This document shows positions 43,115 through 58,673 of a stretch of DNA of 64,000 nucleotides, in pieces. Both the position numbers and the translations under genes were made by a program. Positions within the stretch are counted from its first letter, which is position 1. Every line of letters begins with the position of its first letter. The stretch is from the human T2T-CHM13v2.0 reference genome, Homo sapiens. Under the pieces are notes generated by a model. The model ran no database searches and was not told where the DNA came from. It was given only the letters and a program-made list of their open reading frames with translations. The stretch lies in NCBI RefSeq assembly GCF_009914755.1, contig NC_060933.1, one strand, 5' to 3'.

Positions 43115-43464
43115 TTATAGCGACTGAAACAATAAATATCATGGGCTGGAGAAATAACTGAGAATTCTCAAAAATAAAATGAACTACACTCCTATCAAAG
43201 GAAGACAAGCAAGATATAAAGGGTGTTTTTCAAAGACTGGCTCTTCATTCCAACACTACAGCAGCTAATATTTATCAAACACTATAGGTCAGATATCACC
43301 CCATACATTTGACATCCATATTAGCTTATGTAATCTCAAACAACTCTGAGTTAGATTCAACAATTATTTCTATTTTAGAGTTGAAATGGAAGCTTGCAGA
43401 AATGAAGCAACATGCCCAAAGTTACACAGCTAGTGAAGCGAGGATGCTAACTGGGGATGTCTAA

Positions 43465-43805
<341 letters not shown>

Positions 43806-44379
43806 ACTTTGCTTTTAATAAGACTGTATGGGGGCAAAGAGCAAACAAGTTACAAATCAACTTGTGGGCTTCCGAAGGATGGCCATGTCAATGGGCAGAC
43901 AGGCACCAGCAGGGAGGGTATGTCACGCCAGCGCCTGTAGTGACTGGGAGGATGATGCATCCAACAGTCCCACTGCAACCATGGCACTCTAGGGTTCTAC
44001 TTACCCCATGTCATAGTGTTATTAGAAAAAGAAAAAAAGAATAGTAGCAGACATGCTTCGAAGTTTCCAGAAAAGTCCTGAAGTTTTAATCAAATAGCTG
44101 CTGTGTTCCCATTATGTTACAGTCAAGCCTTTTCACAATGTGACAAAGGAAGCAAAGCTTTTTATTTATTTGTTAGTCTGATCATTTATTTATTTATGTT
44201 CACATCTCTTGCTTCCTGAATCCTTTGATGTAAACAGTGAACAAGCCATCATAGCAAGGGAAATGGCACTGACAGTGGATGCTCTGAATCCACTCCCTTT
44301 AAAAAGAGAATTCAAGTCAAGAAAACCCCCAAATGCCAGGCTTTCAAAGCCAAAATTCTAAAAGCCATCACATTTGCAT

Positions 44380-44700
44380 TTAGGGCTTCTTGGGGCCGCC
44401 GCTGTGGCACCAAAATCCACCAAAGATAAAGAAGATATTTGTACTAAGTTGGGAAAGTGGAGACATCAGCATTTCCGCCTTCAGACCATTATTCCTGCTC
44501 TCCAGACAGCACCTGATAAAGCATCTGGAGTGTTTTGTCTTCTGCGCAGCCACTGCTTTTCCGACGCCTGCGCTCAGGGGTTTCCCTGGGGTTTCCTTTC
44601 CAACAATTGCACAGAGACTCTGAGAGGAGCCCAAACCGGCTGCCTTAACCTTCCAGTAAACCGCTATTTCCACAGAGGATTAAATCAAACGTTTCAAATA
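44380..44700. promoter_or_regulatory. Candidate intronic enhancer (non-repeat, CpG-retaining, tandem kappaB-like sites)
   Basis: GGGGTTTCCC 44577-44586 and GGGGTTTCCT 44588-44597; overlapping CACCTG/TGATAA at ~44510-44519; several CpGs. Motif evidence only. Confidence 0.3.
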
Positions 44701-45358
44701 AGCCAATTTCCTTTACTAAAAAACCAAAATGACAATATTAGTACCAAGAGAAATATACAAAGATGATGAATAAGACATACTTCTCCTGTCTTTGGGCATG
44801 CAAAAAAATAGAGAGCAAAAGGTTAGATGGAGGTGGGTTACACAATTCCCTCTTATTTCCAATACTGCCCTACAGTGGAGCCTAACTAAGAAGATACACA
44901 AGAATTAGACTGAGTCATATCAAGAGGGAGAGAAAAAAACCTAAATGCTTATACTACCTGAAACATGCTGATGTTTCATGTTATATATTTTTAAATTCCT
45001 GTTAATTGTAAATTTGTCTATTAAAAATGCAACTGTGTCATTTTTTAATTAGGTACTTCCAGAATTCTGGGGATGCAAAATGGTTACTTGCTGAACTGAT
45101 GGGAATGAAAATTCCTATCTTTGAGGTCTCTATAGAAGGGAACAAGTTTCCTTCCCCTAAAGTACCCAAAGCAGCTCCCTTGAACCACAGCAAGTGGGAA
45201 CTTCCTTTGACCCAAAGGGGTAGGGATATATATGCTCAACTAAATGAACAGGACATATACAAAAAAGAGCTGGAACAGAAAAAATCCTTAAGAAATCCCA
45301 CTCTCGGAATGCTAAGGGAAGCAGACAGCCTCTGGCTTTGTTTCACCTGCCAAGCTTC

Positions 45359-45529
45359 TTTATTTATTTGTTTGTTTGTTTGTTTTTAAGAAAGAGTATG
45401 TTGTTTATTTGTCTTTAAGAAAGAGTCTCACTATGTTGCCCAGGTTGGTCTTGAACTCCCGAGCTCAAGTGATCCCCTTGCCTCTGCCTCCTGAATAGCT
45501 AACTCAGGCACTTGTCACCGGGCCTGGCC
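45359..45529 (-). repeat. FLAM/Alu left monomer
   Basis: Flanked by cctgccaagcttc direct repeats. Confidence 0.8.
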
Positions 45530-47820
45530 TGCCAAGCTTCATCCTGTTTTCCTCATTTTCTGACCCTGAGTGCCTTTCTCGTTTTTCTCTTTTTGGTAGT
45601 TTTGGTAGTTTCTCCCAAACCCACATTCAATTTTACACTACTCCATGTACAATGTGAGATGTTTCACATTTAACACTCTATTAACAGCATCTTGAACATT
45701 TCTGGAAAGAGAATAACTAAAATTAAAAATGGCTACCATTTACTCTGTGCCTGGCACTGGGCTGAGTGTGCCACATAAATTCTCTCTTTTGATCTTCAAA
45801 ACAGCCCCCACTTACCCTATTTTACAGATAAACTGCTAAGAGGTGAAAGAAATTGTTAAAGGTCACACAGCCAGTAAGATAACTCAGATGGAAACCCGCC
45901 TCTGACTGACTCAAAAGACCACAATCTTAACTTGACAACAATTCTTCCCAAAACCAATATATTTGAAAAGCTTTTTTGGAGGGAAAGTTCTTATTTGAAA
46001 AAACATCTTCTTACATTTTGAATCAACATTTGCATGAAATAAAGAGCCATGATATGTGTAAACACAAACTCTTTCTCTTCATTCTGTAATATATATTCCT
46101 CTCCCACAGCATTTAATACAACACACTAAAAACTATTTTACTATAGGACTTGTATTTCAACCATATGGCAAAGTATGTATCCTGACCAACCCTCAAACAG
46201 AAAACAGTTAAACATATTTATGAAATATAAAAAGAGCTATTTTATCTGACTCAATACACTGGTTGGCAACTTTTTAAGGCAATCACAAAAGCACAAAGAC
46301 TAAGTGAAAAGAGAATCTAGAATGAAAAACAGAACATAATTTTGCCTTAATGATGGTACTTGCCAAACAAGGTGACATGAAGTGTCAGTTTTCTTGGTCA
46401 GCAGGCTATAGGGAACAGTCTATCTATAACCTATAATAAGACCGTGATACCCTCCTCACAACCCACCACCACCAAAGACCTACATGTGAGAGTAAATTAG
46501 AATTAAGGTTTCCCGACTGACCTCCAGCAAGGTAAAACTGCCTGTCTTCCCCCAAAATTATTTTCTTCCTCAGACTTTATAAACATAAACGAACCTTCAT
46601 ATGAAATTTCTATCCCAAATTCGTATTATTTGATGGACCAGAAAGATTTTAAGCCAAGAATTTAAAGTGGTCCTGAGGTGGTAGTGCCCCCAGGTTCTAG
46701 GTAGAAGCAAACGCAGATCCTATTGGGAAAAACCTAAATGACTCAAATAATTCCAACAGAAAAATTTGCAAGAAATAATTTGTTCTATCTCCAAATCACA
46801 AAACATAGAAGGCATCATGAAATAAGCCCAGAAAGACTGGAGTTAACAGTATGATCAGAAGCAAAATATAAAATAAATGTGTAAGCAAAAATGTGGAGTA
46901 AGTGCAAGAGACTATAAAAGATTATCCAAGGTGTGATATATTATGGTTGAGTAGGAGAATGTCGCTAGGAGTGAATGTCAACTTTTAAAGATTAAATAAA
47001 GCATAAATAAAGCAAATATGACAAAATGTTAACAATTACTGAATACAGGTGCTACACATAAGGGTGCTCACTGAACTTTTACTAATAAAATTACTACACT
47101 TTTCGTAATAGTTTTTTAAATTACCAAGCAGATTTTTACAAGATCAAAATCAGACTTCTAGAAATTAAAAATACAACAACTAAAATTGGAAATGCAACAT
47201 ATGGGTTCCACAGCTGAGGAGAGAATCTGTTAGGAAGATATGAGTTGAAGAAATTACCTAGAATGCAACCCAAAGAGACACAGAGATAGGAAATAAGAAA
47301 GAGACATTAAGAGATGAGAAGGATAAAATAACACATTCTGATAGGTGTAGCTAGAGTTTCAGAAGAAGAGAAAAGAATAACTGGTTCGGAGGCAATGTCT
47401 GAAAAGACAGTGGCTGAGAATTTTCCAGAATGATGAAAGACACTAATATGCAGATTCAGAAAGCCCAATGAATGCAAAAGAAGAAAAATAGGAAAGAAGA
47501 TCTGTATCTTAAAACATCAAAATGAAATTGCATCTATACCAGACAAATATCAACCAAATGGAGCAGGTGTAACTATTTGAAAGGGAGGAAAACTTCACTA
47601 GAGATAATCACAAATGACAAATGGTTCAATTCACCAGGAAAAAATAGCAATTCTGAAATTGTGTGAACATAAAAGCATAACATCACAATATACAAAGAAA
47701 AAATAGTCACAATTAACAAGAAAAAATGGACAGTCTATCAACAGCAGGAAATTCAAGCGTATTTCTGTCTAACTGATGGCTTGGACAAAAATATCTGTAA
47801 AGAAAATTTTAACAGATTTA

Positions 47821-48111
47821 CAGATTGAGTATCCCCTATTCAAAATTATTGGGACCAGGAGTGTTTCATATTTAAGATTCTGAAATATTTACACTATACT
47901 TATTGGTTGAGTAACCCTAATCCAAAAATCCAAAATGTAATATGCTCCAATGAGCATTTCCTTTGATCATGCTCCAAAGGAAATGCTTGTTTCTAAATAT
48001 TTTCTGATTTCTGTTATTTTTTGATACATGAGTTACTTATAAGCGCTCAAAAAGTTTTAGATTTTGGAGCATTTTAAACTTCAGATTTTCAGAGTAAGAA
48101 TGCTCAACCTG
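47821..48111 (+). mobile_element. Tigger4a/MER46-type (TcMar-Tigger) MITE with ~70-bp internal insertion
   Basis: TIRs cagattgagtatcc...gaatgctcaacctg flanked by TA on both sides. Confidence 0.75.
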
Positions 48112-48569
48112 TAACAGTCTTGACCTAATGACAATATTTAGAATATTGCAACCAACAGCAGCTAAAATCACATTCTTTCCAAGTTCACATATAATATTTA
48201 TAAAAGGTGACCTATATTAATGGGCATACAGCCATGCTCAACGAATTTCAAATAACTGGTAGTGTCACAGCTTCTGTACAAATTCTTTTAGTTTTTTTTT
48301 AAATTTAAAATTTTTATGTTAGCTCTTTAATGGGGGGCGGCATGTGGAGTAAGATTGGAAATTAAACTTATCTACTAACAATCAGTTGTTGTAGAACCAC
48401 AATAAACTGAGTTCCTAAACGCACTGTCTATTTCCTGATTCCCTATTCTTTCTGAAGCCATCTGTCCTGCAGTGTTTTTGAACAGGCCAGCATTCATGTA
48501 CAAATCTTTATGTGAATGAACTTATGTTTTTAATTCTGTTGGGTAAATAGAGGCTCTATCAATTAAGAG

Positions 48570-49586
48570 ATCCTGATTCCCAAAGGGAGAACACTTCCAC
48601 TGGGAGACACAGCAGAAGTACCACTAAATGTTAAAACTATGGCTGCAGCCCAGGTTCCTCATGCCAAGGGACATCAGGCAAGAAGGAAAGTCACCATCCT
48701 CACAGGAGTGACTGACACTCATCAAAAGAACATGAGGCTGTTACACAATGGAGGCAGGAAGAAACACATCTAGCCAGTAAATCCATTGGGGTATCTTATT
48801 ACTTTTACCCAATTTTAGTGGTTAATGGACAAATGAAGCAGCTACATCCTGAGAAAGGTAAACAGAGGCTTGGGCCCTCAGACATAAGGATCTGGGTCAT
48901 CATACCATTTAAGACCTAGACCAGCCAAGATGCTAACTAACCAAGGTTGACAGGACTAGAATAAATACTTGAAGAGACAGATGAGTGTTAGTCATGACCT
49001 CAAGACCAGTGGTAGAAACAGGACTGTAGATCATTATACTAACCCTCTTTGTATAAATTTCCCCAAAGAAACGAAGTCCAACGCAGACCTGAAGGTGTGC
49101 TCCCAGAACTTAACATGAAGCCAGTAAACCCAAGCAGCACCAAGGGTGGACTGTACCACCCAGATTCCCTCTTTTCAGGAATAAAGCGCATATTTCCCAA
49201 CTGCTGGAAGGAATGCTGGCTGATGGCTATCAGCTGTTAGTCCTTTCCTGCAATTGTGCTGGCTGACAGAGTCACCTTGCCAAGACTGCACCTCCTTCTC
49301 ACGACACTCAGAATCCAATGATAGGTTAGATGCAAGAATGTAAGAGGCCTGACCCCCTTACCCTAACTTGGGACAACTGTGAAGGTCCATCCAGCTGCAG
49401 AGTACTCCATGGTGTCAGGTGAGGCCTTGTTACGACTGCATCACAGTCCCAACTCCTCCCTCTACCCAATTCTGTTTTCCTCCCTTTTCCACACAGATGC
49501 TAATCCAGAAAACACTCCCTAATACATTTCCTGCATGTTAATCTCCATTTCAGAGACTGCTTCCCAGGAGAACCCAACCTGTGACA
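48570..49586 (+). mobile_element. ERVL internal 3' remnant plus LTR16A-like LTR (49152-49586)
   Basis: agggtggac PPT then tgt...; gggacaactgtgaagg...agagactgcttcccaggagaacccaacctgtgaca terminus. Confidence 0.7.
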
Positions 49587-49593
49587 ACAATAG

Positions 49594-49983
<390 letters not shown>

Positions 49984-50227
49984 AAAAAAGAGCAATTTCT
50001 AAATCACTTTATAAGGTTAGAAAAACCTCCATATCCAAACCTGAGAGTGTAAGAGAATAATCTTACAGGCCAGGTTTACTTGTGAACAAAGATCCTAAAT
50101 AAATATTAGCAAACCAACCCAGCAAGATATAAAAACTAGAATATTTGATGACCAAAGCTGAGTTTATTGTATCAAATACTAGGTTGGTTTAACATAAGAT
50201 GATAAATCAATATAATAATCATATTAA

Positions 50228-50532
<305 letters not shown>

Positions 50533-51277
50533 TCATATTAAGAGATTAAGGAGAAAAATCATATGGTAGTATAGGTAAATTCAGTATATTCAACATTCAG
50601 TACAGTTGAATGTACATGATTTAAAAAGTAATAATTATTGTAGCTAACTAGGAACAGAAAGGACTTTTATTAACCCAACATAGAACATCTGCTAAAATAG
50701 GAAATATCCTAAATGGTGAAATATTGGAAACATTTCCTTTGATATCAGAAGCAAGACAATTTCTTTTCAACATGGTATTGTGAAGCAATAAAAAGAATTT
50801 TTTAAATTTTCAGCTCTGTAAAGCAAGAAAAATAAAGTATAAGGATTAGAAATAAAACTATCATTATTTGCAAATGACCAACTACACAGAAAACCAAAAA
50901 AGGTATAAGTTAATGGAAGTTATAGGAGTTTATTAAGGTTACTGACATTAAATCAATGTCAAAGAAATCAACTACATTTCTATATACCAGCAACAAACCG
51001 GAAGACACTATAATTTAAATAAAATCTTGAAAGTAGAATTTAAAAATATATTTAATAATAGGTATATGTGAATCAATCTAACAACAATGACAAACTATAT
51101 ATATATATGACTTCCATGGAGAAAATGATAAAATTTTACTAAAGATATTATAGGTCACTTAAATGATATATCATGTTCAAAATGGTAAAGATGCCAATTC
51201 TCCCAAATTGATCTACAAATTTAATCCAACTCTAATCAAAATCTCAGGAATTTTTTTTAACTTGACAAGTGATTTTA

Positions 51278-51822
<545 letters not shown>

Positions 51823-52705
51823 AAAAGGAGGTTGAAGGAGCATGATTTATCAGTTACCAGAAATTGCTTTACATTTAAAGTAATTAAAATAGTGTGATAT
51901 TAGCACAGGAAAAACCAAATAAACAATTGAAACAGAAAAGTCCAGGAAGAGCAGCACAAACATAGGGAAATTTGATATATGACCAAGCGAGCATGACAAA
52001 CCAATGGGGAAAGGTGGGACTCAATAAATAATGCCACAACAACTGATTAACCACACAGAAAAAAACAGAAATCAGACCTCTACCTCACTACCACACATGC
52101 AAAAAATCAGTTCCAGATGGATTAATTATTTAACTATAAAAACTTTAAATACAATTTGGGAAAATAACTTTATAATCTTGAGGGTAAAGATTTCTTAGAA
52201 CACAAAAAGCAATAATGAAGCAAAAGACTGATAATTCAATACATTAAAAACAAGAATTTCTGTTCATTAAAAAGCACCAAAAAGAGAATGAAGACAAGTC
52301 ACAAACCAGGAGAATCTACAACAGTTGCTACCCAATACATAAAAATGGTTAGTATCCAAACATACATTCAAATTTCTTCTTCAAATCAGGAAGAAATTGA
52401 TTAAAATAGAAAAAAGATTAGAACAAGTAGTTCACACAGAAGAGGAAACATGAATAACCAATAAACACACAAAAAGATGTTCAATTTCAATTATATTCTG
52501 AGAAATGCAAATGAAAATCATAATGAGATACAATTTCACACCCATAAGACTAGAAAAAACTAAGTCTGATGTGGGAGCACAACACTGACGCACTGCTGGA
52601 GGGGCACACATGGGAATAACCACTTTGTAAGACAGTTTGGCATTATCTATAAGCTGAAGCTGCACATAGATCCCATGACCCTGTAAGTCCATCTGCATGT
52701 ATTCC

Positions 52706-53059
52706 CTAACAAAGTTTTCAAACCATGGTCCTGAGGGCTAGGAAATCAATTTAGCCAATTTCAACCAATCTTTTCTTTTAAAATTAAATAAAATAGAATT
52801 GATTAGAATAAAAAATAGCATGCATTTGTACTTAGTAAAGGTTAAGTATTTTTCTATGAAAATAGTTTCCATATATCATTTATCTATATGTGCACTTAAT
52901 ATGCATGTTATGTGTTTCTATTTGTGTGTGTGTGAAGTGACAGATATTTTAATTAAATTAATGTAATCATTCCACAATGTATGCATAGATCAAAACTTTC
53001 ATGTTATACCCCAAAATGTATTTCTTATTACATATGATTCATGGCCAAAATGTTTGTAG
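52706..53059 (+). mobile_element. hAT-Charlie-type DNA transposon fossil
   Basis: ttttcaaac...gaaatcaatttag...aaaatgtatttctta motifs; subfamily not assigned. Confidence 0.45.
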
Positions 53060-53350
53060 ATCGGGCACAATGGCACATGCCTGTAATCTCAGAACTTGAG
53101 AGGATGAGACAGAAGGATCGCTTAAGCCTTGGAATCTGAGACCAGCGGAGGCAACAAAAGGAGATCCTGTTGCTACAAAATTTTTTTTTAATTAGCCAGG
53201 CGTGGTGGCAAGTGCCTAGCGTCCTAGCTACTACTGAGACTGAGTTGGAAAGATTGCTTGAGCCTGGGAGACCTAAGCCACAGTGAGCCATGATCATGCC
53301 ACTGCACTCCAGCCTGGGCAACAGAGACCCTATCTCAAAATAAAATAAAT
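53060..53350 (+). repeat. AluJ
   Basis: Diverged dimeric Alu. Confidence 0.85.
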
Positions 53351-53984
53351 CTTTTTAAAAGTCTGTAAGTCTCTGCCAAGGGGTAATTCTTACACATTTA
53401 AAATACTTATAAACAGCATTATTTGTAATAGCAATAACTGGAAGCAACTGAAATGTCCATCAACAGTGGAATGGATAAACTGCAGAGTACCCATACAATG
53501 AAAATGAATTAACTACAGCTACAGACATCAATATGGGTGAATCTATGGGACGTAATGTTAAGAGGAAAAAGTTACAGAAGAACACTTAAAGTACAATTTT
53601 ATTTACATAAAGTTAAAAAAATATTGTTCAGAGATACAAATATACAGGATAAAGCTATAAGGAAAAGCAAGGGAATTAAAGACACATCTGTGAGTGGTCA
53701 GGGAGCAAGGAGGACACGGAGGGGACTTCAAAAATAAAAGTAATATTCTTCCTCCCAAAACGGGTGATAGGTACATGAGTGACTATTATACAACTGTTTA
53801 TACCTTGGAGATACTTTAAAAATCTTCTATGTCTACTCAGTATTTAATTTTTTCTAATTTAAAACAAAAATATTTACAAATGAACCCATTTCTCTAATTC
53901 ACTCATGAGAAGCTTCATAACTTTTCCAGCATATGTGAGAGGAAAAGCACCCAATTACTCCCAAGCAACCAACAACTTCCTTTA

Positions 53985-54356
<372 letters not shown>

Positions 54357-54727
54357 TCAAGTTCTAACTTCAGTTGCTAATTCAAATGTTGGTCTATATT
54401 TAGTAAAATGCAAGATTATTACTAAAACACAAATATATAATCTGATGGTGTATTGTAAAGCACTAATTATTTTTCAGAATGGAAGAAAAAAGAATACCAA
54501 GTGATTTCAAAGACAGAAAAGACCTATAGTCACTCAAATTTGTTTGATATGTGCAGTGGCGTGTATACACCTCAAATATGTTTTTCAATTATGATAAAAC
54601 AACAACAAACAAACAGCTATTTAATATAGATTCTCATAAGCAATGCAGTAAAGGGTCACTTAGAAGAATTCAAAGACATTTTCATCCACCCCCGCACCTT
54701 TATTCTTACTTATGAAAATTTGTCTTA

Positions 54728-55030
54728 GGCTGGGCACGGTGGCTCATGCCTGGAATATCAGCACTTCAGGAGGCCAAGGCAAGAGAATGCCTTGAGCCCA
54801 GAAGTTTGAGATCAGCCTGGACAACATGATAAAACCCTATCTCTACAAAAATTTTTTTAAATTAGCTGGATGTGGTGGTGCATGCCTTCTGTCCCAGGTA
54901 GTCAGGAGGCTGAGGTGGGAAGATTGTTTGAGCCCAGAAGGTCAAGGCTATAGTGAGCCTTGGTCATGCCACTGCACCCCATCCTGGGCAACAGAGTAAG
55001 ACCCTATCTCAAAAACACAAAAACAAAAAA
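54728..55030 (+). repeat. AluJ
   Basis: Flanked by tgtctta. Confidence 0.87.
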
Positions 55031-55261
55031 CTGTCTTACTATCTTCTGCTTAGTATAAACATGGGCTAGTCACATTTTAGAGATATTTACATCTTGCAAT
55101 TTAAAGAGGGAGTTAACATTCCCCTAATGCCAACTTTTAGCTTAATGACAAGTACTATGGTGGTGGCAGCGATAACATAAACAACAGCAATAACATCGGA
55201 AAAGAGAAAGTCACAGGTATACAAAATGGAAATCAAAGAGGTTTACAAAAATCTGCATTTT

Positions 55262-55367
55262 GGAGAATAGCTTGAACCCGGGAGGCGGAGGTTACAGTGA
55301 GCTAAGATCATGCCACTTCACTCCGGCCTGGGCGAAAGAGCAAGACTCCATTTAAAAAAAAAAAAAA
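55262..55367 (+). repeat. Heavily 5'-truncated Alu
   Basis: Right-arm 3' half; degenerate TSD ctgc(a/g)tttt. Confidence 0.85.
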
Positions 55368-55389
55368 CTGCGTTTTATTCTGTATATTA

Positions 55390-57193
<1,804 letters not shown>

Positions 57194-57759
57194 TTATTGA
57201 GTGCTTACTTCATGGTGGACATGTACTATCTCATTTAATTCTCATCAACACAATCAAGTTAGTAATATTATTACTAACCCTAGCCTAAAAGTGAGAAAAC
57301 AGGTACAGAGAATTTTCCATATCTGTAAACCAGCAATACTACCTATCTCAGAAGTTCATATGAGGATTAAATGAGATAATGTATATAAAATACTTAGCAC
57401 AATGCCAAACACACAGTAAATGCTTAATTAATGCTTTACTATTCCAAGCTCTTTTCAAGGATGTTTCAATCAACTGAACCAAAAATAACAATAAAGTCAG
57501 ATAAGAAGTTAACAAAGATGCTTTAATTCAAATGTGTATGTTTAGATTAACAGCCTCTACCTAACTGAAGGCTGCTTTAGATATGCAATATCCTCACTAT
57601 ACAAATTCCATGGTCATTAAAACAACTTCTTATACCCCATAACTATACATGGGTTCTTAAGGCTACTATTTAATAATTTGAACATATTTGATGCAAAAGG
57701 GTATCAACTGAAAAGTTTAGAAGTGCAACCATTGTTTATTTTTAAAAGAAGGAGAGTAA

Positions 57760-58660
57760 GAAGTGGAACCAACAGATGAACAGATAAGGAAAATGTGGTA
57801 TACATACACAATGGAATACTATTGTCATATAAAAGAATGGAAGCCTGTCATCATCACTGGCAACATGGATGAGTCTGGAGGACATTATGTTGAGAGAGAG
57901 AAGTCAGGCACTGAAAGATAAATACCACATGTTCTCACTCATATGTGGGAGCTTAAAAAAACTGGGGCTCATGGAAGTGGAGAGTAGAATTGTGGGTATT
58001 GGAGGCTGGGAGAAGTATGGGGAGATGGGGAGAGGCTGGTTCATGAGTACAAAATTATAGCTAGATAGGAGGAATGAGCTCTGGTGTTCTGCAGCACTGT
58101 AGGGTAAGTGGTTAATTATAATTTATTGCATAAATGTCAACATTGTTACATTGTTGCATATTTTCAAAAAGATAAAAAAAGGATTATGAATGTTCAGGAC
58201 ACAGAAATGATGTTTGTGATATTTGAATTTCTCTGATTTGATCATTATGCATTGCATACACATATCAAAATATCACTATGTACCCCCATAAATATGTACA
58301 ATTATTATTCTTTTATTTTATATTTTATTTTATTTTTTCCTGAGACAGAGTCTCACTCTGTTGCCCAGGCTGGAGTGCAGTGGCGTGATCTCGGCTCACT
58401 GCAACCTCTGCCCCCCGGATTCAAGCAATTCTCCTGCCTCAGCCTCCTGAGTAGCTAGGATTGCAGGCGGGCACCACCATGCCTGGCTAATTTTTGTATT
58501 TTTAGTAGAGAAAGGGTTTCACCACGTTGGCCAGGCTGGTCTCAATCTCCTAACCTCGTGATCTGCCCATCTTGGCCTCCCAAAGTGCTGGGATTACAGG
58601 CATGAGCCACTACACCTGGCCCAATATGTACAATTATTACATGTCAACTAAAAATTAAAA
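57760..58660 (+). mobile_element. L1MA 3' end (with nested Alu; SVA in its tail)
   Basis: ORF 57869 (LEDIML..KDKYHMFSLICGS) and the atgtcaactaaaaattaaaa terminus. Confidence 0.8.
58308..58622 (-). repeat. AluS inside L1MA
   Basis: 17-bp TSD aatatgtacaattatta 58291-58307/58623-58639. Confidence 0.92.
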
Positions 58661-58673
58661 AGCAAGGGAGAGG

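Noticed and set aside
44374-45389. 130-aa and 120-aa ORFs in unique sequence (also 19083-19526 and 39050-39430)
   Set aside because: No recognisable homology, some use non-ATG starts or overlap L2/Alu, and the lengths are expected by chance.
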